From the IMG/VR virus record IMGVR_UViG_3300005573_000088, positions 5,237-69,236 of that record: 64,000 nucleotides of DNA. One strand, 5' to 3'. Position 1 is the stretch's first letter. Each line of letters begins with the position of its first letter. Both the position numbers and the translations under genes were made by a program. The notes under the pieces were generated by a model. That model had not been told where the DNA came from, ran no database searches, and saw nothing but the letters and a program-made list of their open reading frames with translations. The DNA is from a virus. Lineage: Duplodnaviria; Caudoviricetes. Below are positions 1 through 8,087 of the stretch, in pieces.

Positions 1-1
1 C

Positions 2-1495
2 GATGATTTTGTTTTAGATTGTAACATTGGAATTAATCGTAATGGGAAACCACTACCGAGAATAAAATTGATGACCCTTTTAGCAAATAATCCAGAATTA
101 AAAGAAGGTGATGAAGTTTTATGTACTGTATTCGACTTACCTTACTGGAAAATTAACTTGACAGAAAAATCTTTGAGTGAAAGACGTGAGGCACTAGAAA
201 ATTTCTTTAATAAATATCTGAAAGGTAATAAAAACTTTGGAATTACATCGTATAATGTTGTTAATAGTAAAAACGAAATGGCTACTAAGGCAAAGCATCT
301 TGCTAGTCTTCCAGGTTCCGAAGGTATAGTTGCAAAGACTATTGATTCAAAATATGTAAGAGGTGGAAGTGACGATTGGGCAAAGCTTAAATCCATTGTT
401 GAAGTTAAAGCTTTAGTATATAATGTTCAGACTAATAAAAATGGGACAAAATCGTTTTATTGTGGTTTACTACCTGGTGATTCTAACTACAAGAATATAA
501 TTGAATATAATGGAACTAAATACGTTGATTTAAAGAAAACAATGTCGTCAAATGTTCCTGCTACAAAAGGTGATATTATCACTGTCCATGTTGGTGAGAT
601 AATAGAAACTGAAGATGATAAACTTCAGTGGGTTATTCCGAGAGTTATAGACGTGGATAAATCCAGAACAGAGCCATATTTTGCTAAACAAGTTGTTGAT
701 ATGGCTGAACGAGCGCATGTTTTGCAAAAAGCATTAAATATTGTTGATGAAATACAAAAAACTATATCACCTAAACAAGTTTCACAGGAACAAATTGGTG
801 AGGAAGTGGGTAAAGGTCCGCATGCCAAAGCGTCAATATCATTCTGGGAAGAAAACTGGTGGAAAATGTACAATAAAGAAACAGGAAAGTTTGTTCTTCA
901 ATCGCATTGGAGAGGATTAAGTGAAGAAGAGTCTAAAATGACATATGAGGAACTTTTAAATACAAATAATTCTGTCCACCAGGACCTTCGCTCCGAAATA
1001 GAGCCTGGTGGAAATTTATGGGGTTTCTCATTGTTTACTGGAACAGCGAAGGATTTGAAAAAGATGAATGGAAACTCTCTTGCAAATATAGACAATAGCC
1101 ATATTCGTGGGACACACAAATTGCTTGTTCCAAGAGGATGGCTTAATCTTAAAGACGGAACAGTTTTTGCACCTACAGAACCAGGTGCAACAACGAAGTC
1201 ATATGCTAAATTCTTTGTTATTGAGAAAGGATCTTTCAAAAATGGTGTGTGGCATAGAAGTTTTCAGGAAGTATTTTTCAATGGGCCTACAATAAAGGGA
1301 AGATATATATTTGCAAAAGCACAAGTTGGAGATCAGAGATTTTGGCTTGTATCAAAGCCAGAAGATCAGAAGCCATATGCCGAAACTCATAATCTTGAAA
1401 CAGTAATAAAAGAACTTAAATCCAGAGGGCATAAATGGTTGTGGTGGAGAGAATCATTAGAATCCGAACCAAAACTCCTTGATTTAAGTAGATGA
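2..1495 (+). CDS. ATP-dependent DNA ligase-like domain + OB fold + LigD-type 3'-phosphoesterase-like domain, in head module (5'-truncated by window edge)
   Basis: Frame is open from nt 2. Ligase motifs III FVLDCN, IIIa VFDLPY, IV EGIVAK, V WAKLK. The C-terminal part has FVLQSH...HQDLR, matching the QxH...HxDxR pattern of LigD PE domains. Confidence 0.7.
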   Translation, partial: DDFVLDCNIGINRNGKPLPRIKLMTLLANNPELKEGDEVLCTVFDLPYWKINLTEKSLSERREALENFFNKYLKGNKNFGITSYNVVNSKNEMATKAKHLASLPGSEGIVAKTIDSKYVRGGSDDWAKLKSIVEVKALVYNVQTNKNGTKSFYCGLLPGDSNYKNIIEYNGTKYVDLKKTMSSNVPATKGDIITVHVGEIIETEDDKLQWVIPRVIDVDKSRTEPYFAKQVVDMAERAHVLQKALNIVDEIQKTISPKQVSQEQIGEEVGKGPHAKASISFWEENWWKMYNKETGKFVLQSHWRGLSEEESKMTYEELLNTNNSVHQDLRSEIEPGGNLWGFSLFTGTAKDLKKMNGNSLANIDNSHIRGTHKLLVPRGWLNLKDGTVFAPTEPGATTKSYAKFFVIEKGSFKNGVWHRSFQEVFFNGPTIKGRYIFAKAQVGDQRFWLVSKPEDQKPYAETHNLETVIKELKSRGHKWLWWRESLESEPKLLDLSR

Positions 1496-1510
1496 CAGTA
1501 GGAGGTTGTT

Positions 1511-2722
1511 ATGGAACAGAAAATAATTGAAACAAACAGAGGATTAAGATTGCCTGTGATTTTCGAGAAAAATTATGTAGAAAAAACCGAAGGTGAAGAA
1601 AAAAGATTTATTGAAGGGCTGGCAGCGGCACCTGGAGAAGATAGAAATGTACCTTTATACGAACTTACTGAAGAGTGTTTACGTGAGGCTGTTAATGACT
1701 TAAAAGTAAACCAAGTGCTATTTCTTGAACACGATAAACATCAGCCAATAGGAAAGATTGTTGATGCAAAATTTATTCCAGGCAAAGGTATCTGGATAAA
1801 AGCTCTAATAAGTAAAACTGCAGATAAAGTTTGGACGATGATACAAGAAGGAGTTTTAACGGGTTTTTCCATAGGAGGTAGCGTAAAAAAGTTCATTGAA
1901 GAAGCTGGTAAAACTATATCTGACACTGTTTGCAAAGTCATCAGAATTGAACTTAATGAAGTATCAGTTGTAGCGCTTCCCGCTAACATCCATACACGGA
2001 TATGGAACTCGTATATAAGTAAAGCATTATCTTTAAATATGGAAGGAGGTGAATTACTAATGGGCGATAAAGAATTTGCTGAAGTTGAAGAAGAAATTAA
2101 AGAAGAGGAAAAAATCAGTAAAGAGCTTGCAAATGAAAAAAGCGACATTAAAGAAATAGAAAAATCTACTATTGAAAAAACTGATGAAGTTAATATTAAA
2201 AATGATGAGAAAAAATCTGCTGAAACTGAAAAAGATGAAATTGATATTGTAAAAGATATAGGTGACGAAACAAAAGTTCCTGCTGATTTCGTGATCGAAG
2301 AAGCAATGAAGGATAAAATTGACAAAGCTGAGATTATACGTGGTCTGAAAGCTGCTCTAAAGGCAAAGAATATTGAGAAAGTGAAGGAAGCTATCAACAA
2401 AGTTATTTCACTTTTAGAGGGCAAGTATTACGAATATTACTATAAGGAGGAATATGACAAAAATCGCAAGAAAGAAGAAAATGAAAAATATCCCAAAGTG
2501 GACAAAGCTCTTGAGGATATTCGTAAGGAAATTGAAGTCCTTAAAACATTTCAGTCTGATAGCATCAAAAATGCTGTTAAAGAAGTTCTTGCGACACTCC
2601 CTGATGAAATAAGGAAGAGCGTAGCTGTTTCTCATAAAGACGAAGAAAAGAAGAAAGATACTCGGACTTTTGATGAGAGACTTAGCGATGCCGTAAGGGC
2701 TACTATTGAAAATAAGGGCTAA
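1511..2722 (+). CDS. HK97-type prohead protease fused to acidic/coiled-coil scaffold
   Basis: LFLEHDKHQPIGK, GFSIGG and LNEVSVVALPAN motifs; E/K-rich C-terminal half; directly upstream of capsid gene; GGAGG SD. Confidence 0.9.
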   Translation: MEQKIIETNRGLRLPVIFEKNYVEKTEGEEKRFIEGLAAAPGEDRNVPLYELTEECLREAVNDLKVNQVLFLEHDKHQPIGKIVDAKFIPGKGIWIKALISKTADKVWTMIQEGVLTGFSIGGSVKKFIEEAGKTISDTVCKVIRIELNEVSVVALPANIHTRIWNSYISKALSLNMEGGELLMGDKEFAEVEEEIKEEEKISKELANEKSDIKEIEKSTIEKTDEVNIKNDEKKSAETEKDEIDIVKDIGDETKVPADFVIEEAMKDKIDKAEIIRGLKAALKAKNIEKVKEAINKVISLLEGKYYEYYYKEEYDKNRKKEENEKYPKVDKALEDIRKEIEVLKTFQSDSIKNAVKEVLATLPDEIRKSVAVSHKDEEKKKDTRTFDERLSDAVRATIENKG

Positions 2723-2765
2723 CAACCTTAATAATTCCAAAAATGATAGGAGGTGAATTAATACA

Positions 2766-3668
2766 ATGGAAGGACTTGACATCGAGAAAGCATTAACTAC
2801 GGCTGACGGTAGCGGTGCTGCTTTAATTCCAGAAAAACTTGATCCATTGCTCACGGAACTTGCTTATAAGGAAACTCCTCTCTTGAGACTTTTCAAAGAG
2901 AAACCATGGTCAACCAACGTTTACGCATGGAATGAAAGAACAGCACTTGTAGCGTCTGGTGCATACAATGAAAGTGATACATTCAGTTCAGCTACATCTA
3001 CTTATAGCCAGAAATCTGTTACAATTAAGATGGTAAAAGCTGATGGTGAAGTATCGAATCTTTTGAAAGAGACTTCCAGGGACTATATTGATGCCCTAAA
3101 AGCAGAAATAGAGTCTGCTACACAGGAACTTTCTCACCAATTAGAGAAATACTATATCATTGGCAATGCTGGTCTTACTTCTAAAGAGTTTGATGGTTTA
3201 TCAAATTTGGTTACGCAGACTTACAATGCCGCTTCTAGTAAAATTAGTCTGGATATTCTTGATGGTGCTATTAATACAATCATTGAGAATAATGGAAAGC
3301 CAAATCTGATTCTTCTTGCAACTCGTGATATTCATGAGTTGTGGAGTGTTGTTAGAGACTCTGCTCTTGCATACTTCTGGAAAGAAGTTGAAAATAGAGA
3401 GAATTATCTCGCAAGTTATCGTGGGATACCTATAGTAGGTTCACAGTTTATTCCTACAAATCTTGGTTTGACTGGAGATCAGTCATTTGGATTTGTGCTT
3501 GATTTGAATAATATTGTTGTTCCTGTAGTAAAGGGTATTTCTTACGAAGATATGACTGCCAAAGTATCAGCTGATACAACCGCATTTAGAGTAAAGACAT
3601 GGAGAGCATTAGCTGTGAAAGGTGGAGCATATAAACATGTGAAGATAACTAACATAGCTAAACCCTAG
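2766..3668 (+). CDS. Major capsid protein (HK97 fold)
   Basis: 300 aa after the protease. N-terminal EKALTT...GAALIPE, mid-protein EFDGL and terminal GIPIV patterns are typical of HK97-fold capsids. Followed by a terminator. Confidence 0.88.
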   Translation: MEGLDIEKALTTADGSGAALIPEKLDPLLTELAYKETPLLRLFKEKPWSTNVYAWNERTALVASGAYNESDTFSSATSTYSQKSVTIKMVKADGEVSNLLKETSRDYIDALKAEIESATQELSHQLEKYYIIGNAGLTSKEFDGLSNLVTQTYNAASSKISLDILDGAINTIIENNGKPNLILLATRDIHELWSVVRDSALAYFWKEVENRENYLASYRGIPIVGSQFIPTNLGLTGDQSFGFVLDLNNIVVPVVKGISYEDMTAKVSADTTAFRVKTWRALAVKGGAYKHVKITNIAKP

Positions 3669-3682
3669 TAGAATATAATGAG

Positions 3683-3719
3683 AGAGTTGGGCTAATGAAA
3701 GTTAGCCCACTCTTCTTTC
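3683..3719 (+). terminator. Intrinsic terminator after capsid gene
   Basis: agagt-t-gggctaa / tgaaag loop / ttagccc-actct, followed by T-rich tcttt. Confidence 0.7.
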
Positions 3720-3758
3720 ACTGTCTTATCAAGTAGGACAATGCAAGAGGAGTAAAAA

Positions 3759-4367
3759 ATGGGTTATCTTATAGATTTAGATGGGATGAGTAGAATAAGA
3801 AGCTTTACTGGAGCTACGACAATACAGCTTCTAAGTGATGAACAGTTAAATTTTTATATAGACACTGAAGAAGCCCTTGTAATGGAGAAAACTGGATTAA
3901 AATTTTATGATACAGAAATAGATGAATGGCATGATGGTGATGGAGAAAATGTTCTCATACTAGATCATTTCCCACTACGAAGTGTTTCTGAAATAGAAAT
4001 AGATGGAGTTTTAGTTGATTCTTGTTGTTACTTTATATATTACGATAAAGGTATGCTATATCTAAAAGATGGATATTTTACTAGTAATATTCACAATGTG
4101 CGTGTAAAATATACGTATGGTGCTCCAGATACATCTGATACAGTAAGATTTAATTTAGCTAAATCAATTGCTTTTAAATCAGTTTCAAAACAAGTTTTGT
4201 TAGAACTTGGAAACCGTGATTCAAAAGGGTTTGTTGAAGAAAAATTGGGGAATTACTCGCTTAGTTATGGTAGAGGTCCATATTACGAAACTATAAAAAA
4301 ACTTGATGAGGATATTGAAAAAGCATATGCTGCTCTTGGAATAACAGTTTCAGCGAAGGTACTATAA
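3759..4367 (+). CDS. Head-tail adaptor/connector
   Basis: Position after MCP; EWHDGDG...LDHFPLRSVSEI...NVRVKYTYG and EEKLGNYSLSY patterns typical of gp6/gp15-like connectors. Confidence 0.7.
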   Translation: MGYLIDLDGMSRIRSFTGATTIQLLSDEQLNFYIDTEEALVMEKTGLKFYDTEIDEWHDGDGENVLILDHFPLRSVSEIEIDGVLVDSCCYFIYYDKGMLYLKDGYFTSNIHNVRVKYTYGAPDTSDTVRFNLAKSIAFKSVSKQVLLELGNRDSKGFVEEKLGNYSLSYGRGPYYETIKKLDEDIEKAYAALGITVSAKVL

Positions 4368-4814
4368 ATGGGATTCTTAAAGACATGTACTCATATTCAG
4401 CATAGAGAATATGGCTATATTAGCGAATATGGCACAGAAATTAATATTAAAGAATTTACTGGGTGGACTGATTGCCCTGATTGTGTGTATGACAATGTAT
4501 ATAAGGCGTCAAAGAATCCAGGGTGTCTAACGTGTGGTGGAAAAGGAAGAATTGCGTCATATAACGATCATATAGAAAAAGTATTTGTTACGTGGGTTAC
4601 AGAAGAAGGTTTAAAGGACGTTGAAGTTGGAGGTGTAAGGGTAGGCGACTGTAGAATTACAGCTAGATACGAAACCCTTGACTGGTTTAAGAATGCTATA
4701 AACAATAAAACTATTCTAACTATTGATGATGTTAAAGTTATATCCAAAACTGTTACGTCTTCAATTCTTAAAACAGTGGTTAATGTCTATGGATCAAGAA
4801 CGGAGTTGAGTTAA
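4368..4814 (+). CDS. Putative head-closure protein with Zn-finger insert
   Basis: Synteny; CPDC and CLTCGGKG motifs. Confidence 0.5.
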   Translation: MGFLKTCTHIQHREYGYISEYGTEINIKEFTGWTDCPDCVYDNVYKASKNPGCLTCGGKGRIASYNDHIEKVFVTWVTEEGLKDVEVGGVRVGDCRITARYETLDWFKNAINNKTILTIDDVKVISKTVTSSILKTVVNVYGSRTELS

Positions 4815-5138
4815 ATGGATGGAGGTAAAAAAATGGAACTAGTAGAAAGAAATAAACGGATATATAATTTATTTAAGAATAAAATGAATTATATGTTCAA
4901 GGAAGTTCTGACACAGGTTGAAAAAGAGACAAAGCAGTTTAATGTAAACACTGATTTTTTTAAAAAACCATCGGGATTTTATGCTATAAGAAAGACGTTA
5001 TTTGATCATGGTAACAGTATTATAGAATTAATGGAGTTGATACTAAGTGAAGTTGAAGTTACCCCATTGAAGTCAATTATAAATATAGATAAAAAATTGC
5101 TTGATGAAGTAAATAAAAAAAATGATTCCAGCAGTTGA
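4815..5138 (+). CDS. Hypothetical protein (neck region)
   Basis: 107-aa ORF abutting neighbours; no recognisable motif. Confidence 0.55.
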   Translation: MDGGKKMELVERNKRIYNLFKNKMNYMFKEVLTQVEKETKQFNVNTDFFKKPSGFYAIRKTLFDHGNSIIELMELILSEVEVTPLKSIINIDKKLLDEVNKKNDSSS

Positions 5139-5871
5139 GACAAAGGTAAGAGTTGTTTTTCCAAAAAAGTGGAGAGCATTAACATTAGGTGTTTCTTCGT
5201 ATGGTAAGGAATTCCCTACAATATTATCATTTGCTATGAACGATGTAAATCAAACTGGAGCGATTGCTACTGGGTATTTACGTTCAATATTGCAAAAAGA
5301 AGTCTATGGTGGAAATGCATCAACTTTACGGGTTGAGGGGGGGAAAGTTTTAGAAGGAAGAAGCGGTCAGTTTTATAAGAGTGTAAGATTAACTCCTGCT
5401 GATAGAGTTGAGGCTATGACAACAAGAGGTATTAGTGGCGTTGGAATAAAAGCTGGGATATTTGATTTAAAAGAAGCAGCAAAAATGACATCACATAGAA
5501 GTAGATATAAATACTATGAGCTACTAGAGAATGGGATACCACCATTTGTGCTATCAACGGAACAGTTAAAAGCATTTTTTGTAATATTAAATGAACAAGG
5601 TTTATACAATAAAAATCTTGCAGAAACATTTAAAAAGACTGGTGGTCCTGGAGGTGTTCATAAGGGCATTGAACCTAAGAGATTTTTTCAAAGAACAATG
5701 TGGTACTGGCATGATATTCTACAGCCACTTATGGCTAACCTGGTTAACAGGTACCTTGACTATGTTATCAGTCAACGATTTGGAGGTAAGATTAAAGAAG
5801 ATGTTATACAGTCTACTGGTATTGGTGGACCTGGTTTTCCAGAAATGCTTTTTAAAATAAAAAAGTCTTAA
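5122..5871 (+). CDS. Putative neck/tail-completion protein (HK97 gp10-like)
   Basis: Synteny; YYELLENG...HKGIEPKRFFQRT pattern typical of gp10-like proteins. Confidence 0.5.
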   Translation: MIPAVETKVRVVFPKKWRALTLGVSSYGKEFPTILSFAMNDVNQTGAIATGYLRSILQKEVYGGNASTLRVEGGKVLEGRSGQFYKSVRLTPADRVEAMTTRGISGVGIKAGIFDLKEAAKMTSHRSRYKYYELLENGIPPFVLSTEQLKAFFVILNEQGLYNKNLAETFKKTGGPGGVHKGIEPKRFFQRTMWYWHDILQPLMANLVNRYLDYVISQRFGGKIKEDVIQSTGIGGPGFPEMLFKIKKS

Positions 5872-5874
5872 TCT

Positions 5875-6375
5875 ATGGGATATCAAAGAGTTCATAATGT
5901 AAAAAAAAGTATATATAATTTCATAAAGAATACAATAAATTCTGAAGGAACATATATTGTTGGAGATGGTGCATCTGAGTTAAGCTTTTATGACTCATTT
6001 CCAGTTGAGCCTACGACATTTAAACAACCATCATTATCTATAGATTTTGCACGAATTGCACCAAGGAGACAGTATGATTTAGGTTGTAGTGCTACATATT
6101 CATATGATTTTGTAATTGACCTATTTGGAAGAAACAATTATGAAGATGAATATATAGCATCCATTATAACAGATGCGTTTGATGGAAAAGGAAAAAATTC
6201 TGGAAAACTCATTGACTATAGTGATTTTAATCTTGATGCTGATGGAGCATGCGTAACTGGAGTAATTTATATAAAAGACGTTAACGCTAACGCAAGGCGA
6301 ATAGAGTCTCCTGGATTGGAATCCGTGTACCGATTTCAGGTGACTTTTATTGCAGAATATAATGATTCATATTAA
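5875..6375 (+). CDS. Putative tail terminator
   Basis: 166 aa just before tail tube; FPVEP...PSLSIDF...FVIDLFG pattern. Confidence 0.55.
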   Translation: MGYQRVHNVKKSIYNFIKNTINSEGTYIVGDGASELSFYDSFPVEPTTFKQPSLSIDFARIAPRRQYDLGCSATYSYDFVIDLFGRNNYEDEYIASIITDAFDGKGKNSGKLIDYSDFNLDADGACVTGVIYIKDVNANARRIESPGLESVYRFQVTFIAEYNDSY

Positions 6376-6396
6376 ATGGAAGGGAGGTGAGATAAA

Positions 6397-7113
6397 ATGT
6401 TTACTGCACATGACATTGCTGGTTATCAAGGAAAAGAAGTTGAGTTATGGGTAAAATTATCTAATGCAACAGCGCCTAATCAAGATGATGTTACTGCATA
6501 TCAGATTAGAGGCGCTCAAAGTTTCAATCCTACTGAAGAAAAGGCTGAGTCTAGAGTGTCAGAGCTTGGTTTTGAAGCAACCAAAGTTATCTATGGTACT
6601 TCAACATTCTCTGTAAGCACATCTCTAATGATCAGGGACTTGATTCAGATAGCTAGATTATCTGGTTTAAATCCAAGTACAGCTACAAGAATTATCGTAG
6701 ATGAATTCCAGAAAATCAATGCTTTGAACTGGATAAGAAATCCTGATGGAGACGACATTTATGCGACTGTGTATGTCAGTGGCTTCAAAGCTAGGACTGC
6801 AAGTAAAGCATTAGCAGTTGAAGCAAATGCAACAATCACGCTCGATGGTAGCGCAGATCTGATTGCAACGTTTGATGGAAAGGCAACAGTCCGAGAACAT
6901 CAGGCTGACGGATCTTGCACGCTATTTGCGATAGAGTCTGGCGTTACAGATTCAGACGTTTATATGGTTGAAAATCCCGCTGGTCAGGCTCTTTCTATGT
7001 GGGATGGTTACACTTTTGTAGCAAGTGGAATTGGTGGTGTTCCATCGATTCAGTTCTCCACTGCACCAGATGATGGGACAAAAGTGAAAATAGTGTATAA
7101 GGCTCAAAGTTAA
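6397..7113 (+). CDS. Major tail (tube) protein with C-terminal beta-sandwich module
   Basis: Synteny, strong SD (GGAGGTG); C-terminal ADG...F...IQFSTAPDDGTKVKIVY module. Confidence 0.7.
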   Translation: MFTAHDIAGYQGKEVELWVKLSNATAPNQDDVTAYQIRGAQSFNPTEEKAESRVSELGFEATKVIYGTSTFSVSTSLMIRDLIQIARLSGLNPSTATRIIVDEFQKINALNWIRNPDGDDIYATVYVSGFKARTASKALAVEANATITLDGSADLIATFDGKATVREHQADGSCTLFAIESGVTDSDVYMVENPAGQALSMWDGYTFVASGIGGVPSIQFSTAPDDGTKVKIVYKAQS

Positions 7114-7132
7114 TTAAATTGGAGGAAAAGGA

Positions 7133-7927
7133 ATGGATAAGGATCTTGAGAATAAGATTAGAATATCAACATCGGAAGATGAAGAAAATCTGCAAAAGGT
7201 TGTTAGCCCTGAAGCAGAATTTGAAATTCCGATAGGTAATGGAAAAAGAAAAAGAGTATTTTGGACTAGAATAGGCTTTAATAGCAGAGTATATTTTAAA
7301 GCTTACTTTAGGAAAAAACTAAAAGAAGCTATAGAATCTGGGCTAATAGGAATAGATAGTCATTTTAAAGGTAGCCCAATTGGAGATGTGGATGGCAAGA
7401 ATGCTACATTCACATTGTCTCCAAGTTCAATAGACGAGAGTACATTAAAGGTTTATATAGGAAGCACTCTTAAGAAAGAAGGGCAGGATTATTCCTATTC
7501 TGATGACTTAAGAGTGCTTCTGTTTAATAAACCTCCAAGTGAAGGGACGAAAATTACTGTTGAATATGACTACTATGATCAGTCAGTTTTTACAACACTA
7601 TATAATGACTGCTTTATTACAGTGCTTATATATTTATGTGCAAGAGAAATTGATAACCACAATAAACGAATATTTGATAAAATAGATGACATTGGATTAC
7701 TTACAATGACAGAAATAAATGAGATAATATCTCTTTATACGAGCAATACTCCATTTGAATCACTTCAGCCTGATACCGAAAAACTAAAAAACTCGCCTAC
7801 GCCTCCTCTTACTTCAGAAGGAGGCGTTATGCAGAGCGATGGGGTCTCAACCCTTGGGGTACTGAAGTCTGGGGAGAACTTGGGAAATATAACTCCATCT
7901 ACGGAGTTACAGAAGAGCAACTCATAA
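7133..7927 (+). CDS. Tail assembly chaperone (G-like)
   Basis: Between tail tube and tape measure; contains EKLKN slippery site. Confidence 0.7.
   Translation: MDKDLENKIRISTSEDEENLQKVVSPEAEFEIPIGNGKRKRVFWTRIGFNSRVYFKAYFRKKLKEAIESGLIGIDSHFKGSPIGDVDGKNATFTLSPSSIDESTLKVYIGSTLKKEGQDYSYSDDLRVLLFNKPPSEGTKITVEYDYYDQSVFTTLYNDCFITVLIYLCAREIDNHNKRIFDKIDDIGLLTMTEINEIISLYTSNTPFESLQPDTEKLKNSPTPPLTSEGGVMQSDGVSTLGVLKSGENLGNITPSTELQKSNS
7786..7827 (+). other. Programmed -1 ribosomal frameshift signal
   Basis: In-frame A_AAA_AAC heptamer at 7786-7792, 6-nt spacer, then a perfect 9-bp stem acgcctcct (7799-7807)/aggaggcgt (7819-7827). Confidence 0.8.
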
Positions 7928-8070
7928 TTGATGAGGAAGCTGAAAAATTTAAAAATGAGTTAATAGAAAATCAGTATAAGGATATTTCTAATAGGCAAGA
8001 CAAACATGAAGTTAACAAAAAGTCTAGGTTTATTCAGTTTTCCAAAAAAGCATTGGATGAGTCAATGTAA
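7792..8070 (+). CDS. -1 frame extension of tail assembly chaperone (GT-like product)
   Basis: -1 frame translated by hand is open from 7792 (LAYASSYFRRRRYAERWGLNPWG...KALDESM) to TAA at 8068-8070, 17 nt before the tape measure ATG. Confidence 0.75.
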   Translation, partial: LAYASSYFRRRRYAERWGLNPWGTEVWGELGKYNSIYGVTEEQLIIDEEAEKFKNELIENQYKDISNRQDKHEVNKKSRFIQFSKKALDESM

Positions 8071-8087
8071 ACTATCGGAGAAAATGT

